From Candidatus Spyradenecus sp. (GTDB taxonomy: Bacteria > Verrucomicrobiota > Verrucomicrobiia > Opitutales > UBA953), in the NCBI GenBank assembly GCA_045535075.1, contig JAZSKX010000015.1, forward strand, positions 32,001 through 96,000: a stretch of DNA of 64,000 nt. Direction: 5' to 3'. Every line of letters starts with the position of its first letter. The stretch's first letter is position 1. Under the pieces are notes generated by a model that was not told the origin of the DNA, did not search any database, and was given only the letters and a program-made list of their open reading frames with translations. The position numbers and the translations under genes are program-made. Below, one piece after another: positions 39,613 through 48,412 of this stretch.

Positions 39613-40542
39613 TTAATGCTTTTTTTGTGTGCGGAGGTAATTGATAAGGTCTCGGGGAAAATTGGTTTCGATAAGGGAAAAACCTTGGCGCGTGAGCCAG
39701 CCCCAGCCGTTGTCGGGCGAATCGAAAAACGAGGCGCGGTCGTCGTGCCCGGCGGTGTGGCTTGCCCACGTTGCGGCAACAAACGCTTTGCTGCCGGAAT
39801 CCAAAATTCGGGGAAGCATGCGAAACGTTTTTGAATTCTCCGATGCCATGCGAAACTGAAAGGCAGCGGGCTTGAGTTTTTCGAGATATTCGTTCACGTA
39901 AGCATCGAGGTTCGGAACGGTATCGCTAATCACCGGACAATAAATAACGCGCTCTAAGTCGTTCCCGAAGACCTCTTTCGCCTTTGCGTAAGGCCAATCC
40001 AAAACGAAAATCGCTTCCTCCAACGCATTGTGTTTTTTTAGAATTTCGAGCAATCTGCGAATGAGCGTTCCCGTGGCGTTGCCCGGCAAGTCGTAGCCGG
40101 CTTTGTCGAGGTAAAGATACGCCTTGCCTCTGACAACGCTGAGGTACTCGTCGAGTGTAGGAACTTGAAATTGCGTGTTCCCGCCCCAATTGGTTTTCAG
40201 ACGCAGTTTTTTGATTTCCGCGAGCGTCATGCGGGAGACGAGGCCGTTCCCGTCGGTTGTGCGGTCAACGCTGTAATCGTGCATGATTACAACGTGTCCG
40301 TCGGCGGTCATGCGCACGTCGGTTTCTATAATATCGGCACCGAAGGCAAGGGCGTATTTCAAGGCAGGAATCGAATTCTCCGGGGCGTGTTGCCACGCCG
40401 CACGGTGCGCCGCTACCCAAACGTAGTTTTCGGGCGCTTTTCCGCGCAAGGGGACAATTGCGCCGTGGCTTTGTGCGGCAAACAGCGTTCCCGTCAGCGC
40501 CAACAAAAAGGCTTTTGCACATTTCCCGAGAAAAGATTTCAT
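39613..40542 (-). CDS. Exported glycerophosphodiester phosphodiesterase family protein
   Basis: AAHRA..PENS, ETDVRMTADG..MHD..DRTT, VPTL; signal peptide. Confidence 0.9.
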   Translation of the reverse strand: MKSFLGKCAKAFLLALTGTLFAAQSHGAIVPLRGKAPENYVWVAAHRAAWQHAPENSIPALKYALAFGADIIETDVRMTADGHVVIMHDYSVDRTTDGNGLVSRMTLAEIKKLRLKTNWGGNTQFQVPTLDEYLSVVRGKAYLYLDKAGYDLPGNATGTLIRRLLEILKKHNALEEAIFVLDWPYAKAKEVFGNDLERVIYCPVISDTVPNLDAYVNEYLEKLKPAAFQFRMASENSKTFRMLPRILDSGSKAFVAATWASHTAGHDDRASFFDSPDNGWGWLTRQGFSLIETNFPRDLINYLRTQKKH

Positions 40543-40736
40543 CCTCGGAATCCTCGCAAAAAATTCTTTCTCCGACAAGCGCACGATTTTCTCCTAAGCG
40601 GCTTCCCGCGAAATCTTCATGAAAGGCATCGACTACTCCTACTACTACGAAGCCCACGGGAACGAAATTTTCTAATAAAATTTCATTTGCGCCCTTGAAA
40701 TAGTGCGGGCAATTAGCGGATAATAAGTCCGTCGCT

Positions 40737-42275
40737 ATGGCTAAGAAAAAAGAAACCTCAGACGAACCTCTGGAAAAACAGCTTTGGAAAGCTGCCGATA
40801 AGTTGCGAAAAAACATCGATGCCGCAGAATACAAGCACGTTGTGCTCGGCCTCATTTTCCTGCGCTATATTTCCGTTTCGTTTGAGGCCCTGTATGCCAA
40901 GTTGCAGGCGGAAGTCGCAGAAGGGGCTGACCCGGAAGACCGTGAAGAATACAAAGCGGAAAACATTTTTTATGTTCCCTCCGTCGCTCGCTGGAGCAAT
41001 CTGGTCGCCAATGCCAAAGATCCGAAAATCGGAAAATTTATCGACGATGCGATGGATGCCATCGAGCGGGAAAACCCGATACTTAAAGGCGTTTTGCCCA
41101 AAGTGTTTGCGCGTCCGAATCTCGATCCCGCGAGCCTCGGCGAGTTGATCGACCTCATCGGCAACAGCACACTCAGTGCCGCCACCAACAGCGCAGACCT
41201 CCTCGGGCACGTATTCGAATATTTTTTGGGCGAATTCGCACTCGCCGAAGGCAAAAAAGGCGGGCAGTTCTATACGCCGAGAAGCGTCGTCGAACTTCTC
41301 GTTAAGATGCTTGAGCCGTACAAAGGGCGCGTTCTCGACCCGTGTTGCGGTTCCGGAGGAATGTTCGTTCAAAGCGAGAAATTCGTCACGGAGCATCGCG
41401 GTCGACTCAACGATATCTCCGTTTATGGGCAGGAAAGCAATCAGACGACTTGGCGCCTCTGCAAAATGAACCTCGCCATTCGCGGGATCGACGCTTCGCA
41501 GGTCGCGTGGAATACTGAAGGCTCTTTTCTGAACGACGCGCACCGCGACGTGAAAGTTGACTACGTTATCGCCAATCCTCCCTTTAATGACAGCGACTGG
41601 AGCGGAAATTCGCTCCGTTCCGACGGTCGTTGGAAATACGGCGTTCCTCCCGCCGGGAACGCGAACTTCGCGTGGATTCAGCACTTCATTTATCACTTGG
41701 CTCCGAACGGACAGGCCGGATTTGTTTTAGCAAAAGGCGCGATGACGTCCAAGAGCGGCGGCGAAGGCGAAATCCGAAAAGCCTTAGTCGATGCCGGCTT
41801 GGTGGATTGTATCGTAAACCTTCCCGCAAAGCTTTTTCTGAATACCCAAATTCCTGCTTCGCTCTGGTTCCTCAGCCGCAACCGCACTGCGACTGACCGT
41901 TTTCGGGAACGCAACGGAGAAATCCTTTTCATTGATGCCCGCAATCTGGGGCATCTCATCAATCGCCGCACGCGCGAATTCAGCCCGAAAGATATTGCCC
42001 GCATCGCCGATACTTACCACAGTTGGCGCAATAAGAACGGAACCTACGAAGACGTTCCCGGCTTCTGTGCTTCCGTTCCCGTAGCCCGTGTTGCCGAACT
42101 CGATTACGTCCTCACGCCCGGTCGTTACGTCGGGCTTCCCGAGGAGGAAGACGATTTCAACTTCGCCGAACGCTTTTCCGCGCTCAAAGCCGAGTTTGAA
42201 GAACAACTAAAGGAAGAAGCCCGCCTCAACAAGCTCATCTTGGAAAATCTGGCGACGATCAAAGTCGGAAAATAA
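40737..42275 (+). CDS. hsdM: Type I RM methyltransferase subunit
   Basis: LWKAADKLR, GQFYTP, DPCCGSGG, ANPPFN and LTPGRYVG. Confidence 0.96.
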   Translation: MAKKKETSDEPLEKQLWKAADKLRKNIDAAEYKHVVLGLIFLRYISVSFEALYAKLQAEVAEGADPEDREEYKAENIFYVPSVARWSNLVANAKDPKIGKFIDDAMDAIERENPILKGVLPKVFARPNLDPASLGELIDLIGNSTLSAATNSADLLGHVFEYFLGEFALAEGKKGGQFYTPRSVVELLVKMLEPYKGRVLDPCCGSGGMFVQSEKFVTEHRGRLNDISVYGQESNQTTWRLCKMNLAIRGIDASQVAWNTEGSFLNDAHRDVKVDYVIANPPFNDSDWSGNSLRSDGRWKYGVPPAGNANFAWIQHFIYHLAPNGQAGFVLAKGAMTSKSGGEGEIRKALVDAGLVDCIVNLPAKLFLNTQIPASLWFLSRNRTATDRFRERNGEILFIDARNLGHLINRRTREFSPKDIARIADTYHSWRNKNGTYEDVPGFCASVPVARVAELDYVLTPGRYVGLPEEEDDFNFAERFSALKAEFEEQLKEEARLNKLILENLATIKVGK

Positions 42276-42373
42276 TGGAATTTATCTCGGAACGCGGTAA
42301 TTACCAAGAGCAGGAATCGTATCGGAACTCCGTTCTGATACACGACGCCACGGTGGAATTCTCCGCCAAGTGA
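42275..42373 (+). pseudogene. 32-codon remnant resembling the N-terminus of a four-helix-bundle protein
   Basis: ATG overlaps the hsdM stop; MEFISERGNYQEQESYRNSVLIHDATVEFSAK* resembles the recalled G.Y..L.SY....IYD.TV.F pattern. Confidence 0.4.
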
Positions 42374-42453
42374 AAGAAAATTGCCGACAACTTGAAATCC
42401 CGAGCAAAGAAATATTAAACTTTAGAACCATCTAACACTCTCCCCGAAACAAA

Positions 42454-43581
42454 ATGCCTAACGAATCAAAATCTTCGGAGCACTCCGAACCAATCCTCCA
42501 AAAGAAAATCGAGTGGAAAGAGTATAAGTTGGGGGAAGTCATTACCTTGCAGAGAGGGGTTGATTTGCCGAAAAATAAAATGGAGAAAGGTCGTTATCCT
42601 GTTGCAGGATCGAATGGAATTATTGGATATCACAATTGTCATACGACGAATGGTCCGGGGGTTACTATTGGTCGAAGCGGAAATATTGGTGCAGTACATT
42701 TCTATGAATCAGATTTTTGGGCACACAATACGTCCTTGTATGTAAAGGACTTTAAGGGGAACGACGAGAGGTATATCTATTATTTTCTAAAGACTATTGA
42801 CTTTTCACAGTTCAATACAGGAAGTGCGGTTCCCTCTCTGAATAGAAATCATCTACACGAATTGAGCGTCCGACTTCCACCTCTCTCGGAGCAAAAGCGG
42901 ATTGCGTCGATTCTTAGTTCTTTGGACGACAAAATCGACTTGTTCCACCGCCAAAACGTCACCCTCGAAGCCATGGCGGAAACCCTCTTCCGCCACCACT
43001 TCATCGAAAACCCCAATCCCAATTGGAAGGAAGTATCTTTAACAGAAATAGCGACGTTTACCAATGGGCTTGCATGCCAAAAATATCCGCCTAAAAATGA
43101 AGCCGAAAAACTTCCGGTTTTAAAAATTCGAGAATTGTCCAACGGAATCGGAAATGATTCGGATTGGGCGACAACGAATGTCGGGAGTGAATATGTCGTG
43201 CATGCCGGAGATGTAATTTTTGCATGGTCAGCTTCTTTGATGGTGAAGATTTGGGATGGAGAAGATTGTATTCTCAACCAACACCTTTTCAAAGTAACCT
43301 CCGAGAAATACCCGAAATGGTTTTATTATTTTTGGTGTAAACACCACCTCAACGAATTTATTTCTATTGCTCAAAGCCACGCAACCACAATGGGGCACAT
43401 TAAGCGAAAAGACTTGGATTCTGCGCGAGTGCTAGTTCCGTCAGATGATGAATTGCTTGGTTATAGCGACGAGATTTCTTTCCTCATACAAAAAATGGAA
43501 GTAAATAACAGAGCGATACTTCAACTCACTAATTTGAGAAGTATACTGCTTCAGACCTTTTTTAATAGAGAAAGGGAATAG
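42454..43581 (+). CDS. hsdS: Type I RM specificity subunit
   Basis: WKEYKLGE, TRD1, LPPLSEQKRIASILSSLDDKI spacer, WKEVSL, TRD2. Confidence 0.93.
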   Translation: MPNESKSSEHSEPILQKKIEWKEYKLGEVITLQRGVDLPKNKMEKGRYPVAGSNGIIGYHNCHTTNGPGVTIGRSGNIGAVHFYESDFWAHNTSLYVKDFKGNDERYIYYFLKTIDFSQFNTGSAVPSLNRNHLHELSVRLPPLSEQKRIASILSSLDDKIDLFHRQNVTLEAMAETLFRHHFIENPNPNWKEVSLTEIATFTNGLACQKYPPKNEAEKLPVLKIRELSNGIGNDSDWATTNVGSEYVVHAGDVIFAWSASLMVKIWDGEDCILNQHLFKVTSEKYPKWFYYFWCKHHLNEFISIAQSHATTMGHIKRKDLDSARVLVPSDDELLGYSDEISFLIQKMEVNNRAILQLTNLRSILLQTFFNRERE

Positions 43582-43583
43582 CG

Positions 43584-44234
43584 TTGGAAAAATTAAAGGA
43601 TAAAATATCTCGGTACGGGAGATGAAGCCCTATTAACGATTATATCAACCGAATACAGACACACTTAGATGATGACTTTTCAGTGTGTGTAGAGAATGCC
43701 AAAGCGTTACTTGAGACAATCGGAAAGGAAATATGTAAATCTAAAGGAAAACCACTAGGGAAATCACCTTCTATGAATAGTGTATTGAAGAATGCATTTT
43801 CGGCAATGGGGTACACGAATTCCGATATGATTACTCAGATTTCCTCTGCACTTGGGACGATTGGGCAGAAATTAGGTTCTCTGAGAAACGATGTGGGAAG
43901 TAGTTCCCATGGACGATCGTTAGAGGACTTGAAAAAAAGAAATGATATTGTTAACGAGACAACAAAATTATTTTTAATTGATAGTGTGGATTTGGTTGCA
44001 TGTTTTTTAATTGGGTTGTTTGAAGGGGAGCATATCGAGTCTTCTTCTGTTGAAGAAGTTGAATATAGTGCGTGCGAAGATTTTAACGCGTATTGGGACG
44101 ACCAATACGGAGAATTTTCAATGGGGGATTACTCGTACACGGCAAGTGAGATCTTGTACAGTGTAGACCCTCAAGCTTACAAAAGCGAATACAGTTCATA
44201 TCTAAATGAGGGTGAAGAGAACCTGGCTTATTGA
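43584..44234 (+). pseudogene. Abi_C-like abortive-infection protein with in-frame TGA at codon 14
   Basis: TTG 2 nt after the hsdS stop gives MEKLKDKISRYGR*SPINDYINRIQ.., in frame with ENAKALLETIGKEI..LRNDVGSSSHGR. Confidence 0.6.
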
Positions 44235-44246
44235 TCGTTCCTATCT

Positions 44247-45143
44247 ATGAATGACTTGACGACAAAGAGACTTGCGGTAATAAAGCAATTATACCTCCAG
44301 GGGGTAAATCAATCTTATGAAGTAGAGCCGATAAACGGATTCTCTATATTGTCATTTCACGACAGTGTCGAAATGTTTATGAAGCTTTGTGCAGAACAAA
44401 AAGGCATCCGAATAGATAGGCATACTAATTTTTCAGATTACTTTTCTAAGATTCCGGATTTGAAAGGAGGTTCCCCTATGGTTTCTTTGAACAGTAGGCG
44501 TGTCAGCTTGAAGCACAGTGGGCTACTCCCGTCGAAATTAGATATTGAAATATCGCGAAGAAATACCATGGATTTTTTCGAAGAAAATACACCAATTTTC
44601 TTTGGCAAAAGATTTGGTGAGATTTCTTTGATATCACTAATAAAGTATCCGTCGGTCTGTGAATATTTGGAAGACTCACAGGTCGCAATTAATGAAAATA
44701 AGTATGAGGAGGCGATCAAAATATCACAAGTTGCATTTAAGGAACTCCTGCATTGTCATCACGAAGAGAATTCCAAAGACTTTCTAAATCCGTTTTCTGA
44801 GGTAAAAAGTTTTACGTTTCATAAAAGCTTTTTTATAAAGCCGGAGATAGGCAAGAGGTTTGACAAATTTGTGGACGATGTATCCCTTTCTATTCCCAGA
44901 TTAGAAGAAGCCGTAAAGATAATTGGGTTTGGCATAGATTATAGACAGTATTGTAAATTCAGATTATTTACACCGATAATCTGTGTTGAATATGTCAATG
45001 ATGAGAGACAATACTCTGTTGGTGCGAGTGATGGTCGGTTGATTTTCAATCTGCAAAATGCAAGATTTTGTTTTGATTTCGTGGTATTATCGGCCCTGAA
45101 GCTCCAAGAGTTTTGTGTGGACCTCAAAAATACCATAAAATGA
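44247..45143 (+). CDS. Hypothetical protein with HEPN-like RxxxxH motif
   Basis: HDSVE and RVSLKH in a helical N-terminal domain; AT-rich, inside the hsd operon. Confidence 0.65.
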   Translation: MNDLTTKRLAVIKQLYLQGVNQSYEVEPINGFSILSFHDSVEMFMKLCAEQKGIRIDRHTNFSDYFSKIPDLKGGSPMVSLNSRRVSLKHSGLLPSKLDIEISRRNTMDFFEENTPIFFGKRFGEISLISLIKYPSVCEYLEDSQVAINENKYEEAIKISQVAFKELLHCHHEENSKDFLNPFSEVKSFTFHKSFFIKPEIGKRFDKFVDDVSLSIPRLEEAVKIIGFGIDYRQYCKFRLFTPIICVEYVNDERQYSVGASDGRLIFNLQNARFCFDFVVLSALKLQEFCVDLKNTIK

Positions 45144-45150
45144 TTTTCCT

Positions 45151-48100
45151 ATGCTTTCGCTCACTGAATCCAAGATAGAAACCTTTGCGATCGAGTTGTT
45201 GGGATGGCTCGGGTATCGCTATTTTTACGGGCCGGAGATTGCGCCGGACGGGGAAAAGCCGATGCGTGCGGCGTTCGGCGAAGTCGTCTTGGAAGCGGTG
45301 TTGCGTGAGGCCGTTTACCGCATCAATCCGGGCGTGCCGCAGGCGGTGTGCGACGAGGCGGTCAGCCGGGTGCTCCGCATCGCGTCGCCGGATTTGTTGG
45401 CGAACAACGAGCAGTTTCACCGTATGCTGACGGAGGGCGTTCCCGTGTCGGTGCATCGCGACGGTGCGGAGCGGGGCGAGTTGGTTTGGTTAGTAGATTT
45501 TGACAATCCGGAAAACAACGATTTTGCCGTCGTTAATCAATTTACGATTATCGAGAACGGGCACAACAAGCGCCCGGACGTTTTGCTTTTTGTGAACGGC
45601 TTGCCCTTGGTGGTGATTGAGCTGAAAAATGCCGCGGACGAGAATGCGACGGTGCAGAGCGCGTTCCGGCAGATTGAGACTTACAAGCAGATGATTCCGT
45701 CGCTGTTTACCTACAATGCGTTGACGGTGATTTCGGACGGCTTGGATGCGCGCGCGGGAACGCTTTCGTCGGGATTTTCCCGCATGATGGCTTGGAAGAG
45801 TGCGGACGGGAAGGCGGAGGCATCGCACCTGATCGGACAGTTGGAAGTGCTGATTCGCGGGATGTTGAACAAGGCAACGCTCTTGGACCTTGTCCGCTCG
45901 TTTACGGTGTTTGAAAAAACCAAGACGGAAGACAAGGTAACGGGGCTGACGACGATTCGCACCGTGAAAAAAGTTGCCGCGTATCACCAGTATTACGCCG
46001 TGAACAAGGCGGTGGAATCGACCGTGCGCGCAACGGGAATTAACTTGGACGATCGTTTTGTTTTGCGGGAAGATCCTGCGAAATACGGTTTAAAAGACGT
46101 GTCGGAACAGCCCCGGGGCGACCGCAAGGCGGGCGTTGTGTGGCACACGCAGGGCTCGGGCAAGTCTTTGTCGATGGTGTTTTATGTGGGCAAGGTTGTG
46201 CGCATACTGAGTAACCCGACGATTGTGGTCATCACGGACCGCAACGATTTGGACGACCAGTTGTTCGGGACGTTTGCGGATTGCCGCCAGTTGTTGCGGC
46301 AAACGCCGGTGCAGGCGGAAAATCGGGACGAGTTGAAACGCCTGTTGCGCGTGGCTTCCGGAGGTGTGATTTTTACGACGATTCAAAAATTCCAACCGGA
46401 GAGCGGGAACGTGTATGGGACGCTGACGGAGCGGAGCAATGTCATTGTAATCGCCGATGAGGCGCACCGCACGCAATACGGTTTCAAGGCAAAGACGGTC
46501 GATGTGCGCAACGAAGCGGACGAAGTGGTCGGCTCGGAAATTAAATACGGATTTGCGAAATATTTGAGAGACGCATTGCCCAATGCGACCTACTTGGGCT
46601 TTACGGGAACGCCGATTGAGGCGACGGACGTGAATACGCCCGCCGTATTCGGAAATTATGTGGACGTTTACGATATTGCTCAGGCGGTGGAAGACGGCGC
46701 GACGGTGCGCATTTTCTATGAAAGCCGATTGGCAAAGGTGGAACTGAGCGAGGCCGGACGCAACTTAATCGAAAGCCTTGATAGAGAGCTGAAAACGGAA
46801 AAGCTGGATGACGTACAGAAAGCAAAGGCGAAATGGACTCAACTTGAAGCGCTCATCGGAAGCGAATCCCGGATTCGCAACATCGCCAAAGATATTGTTT
46901 CCCACTTTGAACAGCGGCAGGAAGTATTTGAAGGAAAAGGAATGATTGTGGCGATGAGCCGTCGTATTGCTGTCGAGCTTTACGAGGCGATTATCGCTCT
47001 GCGTCCGCAATGGCACAGCGAAGATTTGTCGAAAGGTGCGATTAAGGTGGTTATGACTTCCGCTTCTTCGGACGGCACAAGTATTTCGAAGCACCACACT
47101 TCAAAAGAACAGCGGCGAACTTTGGCGGACAGAATGAAAGATCCGAAGGATGAGCTGAAATTAGTCATCGTTCGGGACATGTGGCTGACCGGATTTGACG
47201 TTCCCTGTTTGCACACGCTTTATATTGATAAGCCAATGCAGGGGCACAACCTGATGCAGGCAATTGCCCGTGTGAATCGTGTTTACAAGGATAAACCGGG
47301 CGGGCTTGTCGTAGATTATCTGGGAATTGCGTCGGATTTGAAAAAGGCGCTTTCGTTCTATTCGGATTCGCAGGGAAAGGGAAATCCCGCAGAGCAGCAG
47401 GAGCAGGCGGTTGCTTTGATGGAGGAAAAAATGGAAGTAGTTCGGCAAATGCTGAACGGAGTGGATTATTCATCGTATTTTTCGGCGGACGTTGCCAAAA
47501 AACTGTCGCTAATTCTTCACGCCGAGGATTATGTACTCGGTTTGGACGACGGGAAAAAGCGTTTTGTAAGGGAGGTTTCGACGCTTTCAAAGGCGTTTGC
47601 CATCGCGATTCCGCACGACAAGGCGATGGAGGCGAAGGACGAGATTTCATTTTTTCAGGCGGTAAAAGCGCGCCTTTGCAAATTTGATATAACTTCATCC
47701 GGTAAAACGCTTGAAGAAATTGAGACTACAATACGGCAAGTTGTCGATAAAGCTTTAGTTTCGGAGCAGGTCGTCGATTTATTTGACGCTACGGGAATTA
47801 AAAAGCCGGATATTTCCATCCTTTCTGAAGAGTTCCTCATGGAACTCAAAGGGATGCAACACAAGAATATTGCATTGGAGGTTTTGAAGAAGCTTCTGAA
47901 CGATGAGATTAAGGCCCGGATGCGGCGAAATCTCGTGCAAGGAAAAACGTTGATGGAAATGCTCGAAAACTCTATCGCCCGGTATCACAACAAGGTGGTT
48001 ACTGCCGTGGAAGTTATCGATGAACTGATCGCGTTGAGCAAACACATTGTCGGACAAGATAAAGGCGCGGAAGAACTCGGCTTATCCGGATACGAATATG

Positions 48101-48372
48101 CGTTCTACTCTGCGGTCGCCGACAATCAGAGTGCCGTGGACTTAATGGGGCAGGATAAACTGCGCGAGTTGGCGGTAGCGTTGACGGAAACGATTCGGAA
48201 AAATTCTTCGATTGATTGGGAAATAAAGGAAAATGTCCGCGCTAAAATGCGGGTCGCGGTCAAGCGGCTTTTACGGCGCTACGGCTACCCGCCGGACATG
48301 CAACTACTGGCAACCGAAACGGTCATCAAGCAGGCGGAAATGATTTCGGCGGAATTGATAAAATCCGCATAA
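45151..48372 (+). CDS. hsdR: Type I RM restriction subunit
   Basis: RPD..FVNGLPLVVIELKN, WHTQGSGKS, TDRNDLDDQL, IADEAHR, GFTGTP, MWLTGFD and QAIARVNR. Confidence 0.96.
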   Translation: MLSLTESKIETFAIELLGWLGYRYFYGPEIAPDGEKPMRAAFGEVVLEAVLREAVYRINPGVPQAVCDEAVSRVLRIASPDLLANNEQFHRMLTEGVPVSVHRDGAERGELVWLVDFDNPENNDFAVVNQFTIIENGHNKRPDVLLFVNGLPLVVIELKNAADENATVQSAFRQIETYKQMIPSLFTYNALTVISDGLDARAGTLSSGFSRMMAWKSADGKAEASHLIGQLEVLIRGMLNKATLLDLVRSFTVFEKTKTEDKVTGLTTIRTVKKVAAYHQYYAVNKAVESTVRATGINLDDRFVLREDPAKYGLKDVSEQPRGDRKAGVVWHTQGSGKSLSMVFYVGKVVRILSNPTIVVITDRNDLDDQLFGTFADCRQLLRQTPVQAENRDELKRLLRVASGGVIFTTIQKFQPESGNVYGTLTERSNVIVIADEAHRTQYGFKAKTVDVRNEADEVVGSEIKYGFAKYLRDALPNATYLGFTGTPIEATDVNTPAVFGNYVDVYDIAQAVEDGATVRIFYESRLAKVELSEAGRNLIESLDRELKTEKLDDVQKAKAKWTQLEALIGSESRIRNIAKDIVSHFEQRQEVFEGKGMIVAMSRRIAVELYEAIIALRPQWHSEDLSKGAIKVVMTSASSDGTSISKHHTSKEQRRTLADRMKDPKDELKLVIVRDMWLTGFDVPCLHTLYIDKPMQGHNLMQAIARVNRVYKDKPGGLVVDYLGIASDLKKALSFYSDSQGKGNPAEQQEQAVALMEEKMEVVRQMLNGVDYSSYFSADVAKKLSLILHAEDYVLGLDDGKKRFVREVSTLSKAFAIAIPHDKAMEAKDEISFFQAVKARLCKFDITSSGKTLEEIETTIRQVVDKALVSEQVVDLFDATGIKKPDISILSEEFLMELKGMQHKNIALEVLKKLLNDEIKARMRRNLVQGKTLMEMLENSIARYHNKVVTAVEVIDELIALSKHIVGQDKGAEELGLSGYEYAFYSAVADNQSAVDLMGQDKLRELAVALTETIRKNSSIDWEIKENVRAKMRVAVKRLLRRYGYPPDMQLLATETVIKQAEMISAELIKSA

Positions 48373-48376
48373 TAGT

Positions 48377-48401
48377 GTTCCCGTGAGTTTTCTGCGGGAA
48401 T
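48377..48401. terminator. Hairpin between convergent hsdR and uvrA made of motif copies
   Basis: GTTCCCGT-gagttttct-GCGGGAAT. Confidence 0.55.
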
Positions 48402-48412
48402 TTGCGGAGGTT

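Noticed and set aside
39439..48372. tRNA-anchored integrative element or invertible hsdS shufflon
   Set aside because: No integrase or recombinase, no duplicated tRNA 3' end and no second hsdS seen.
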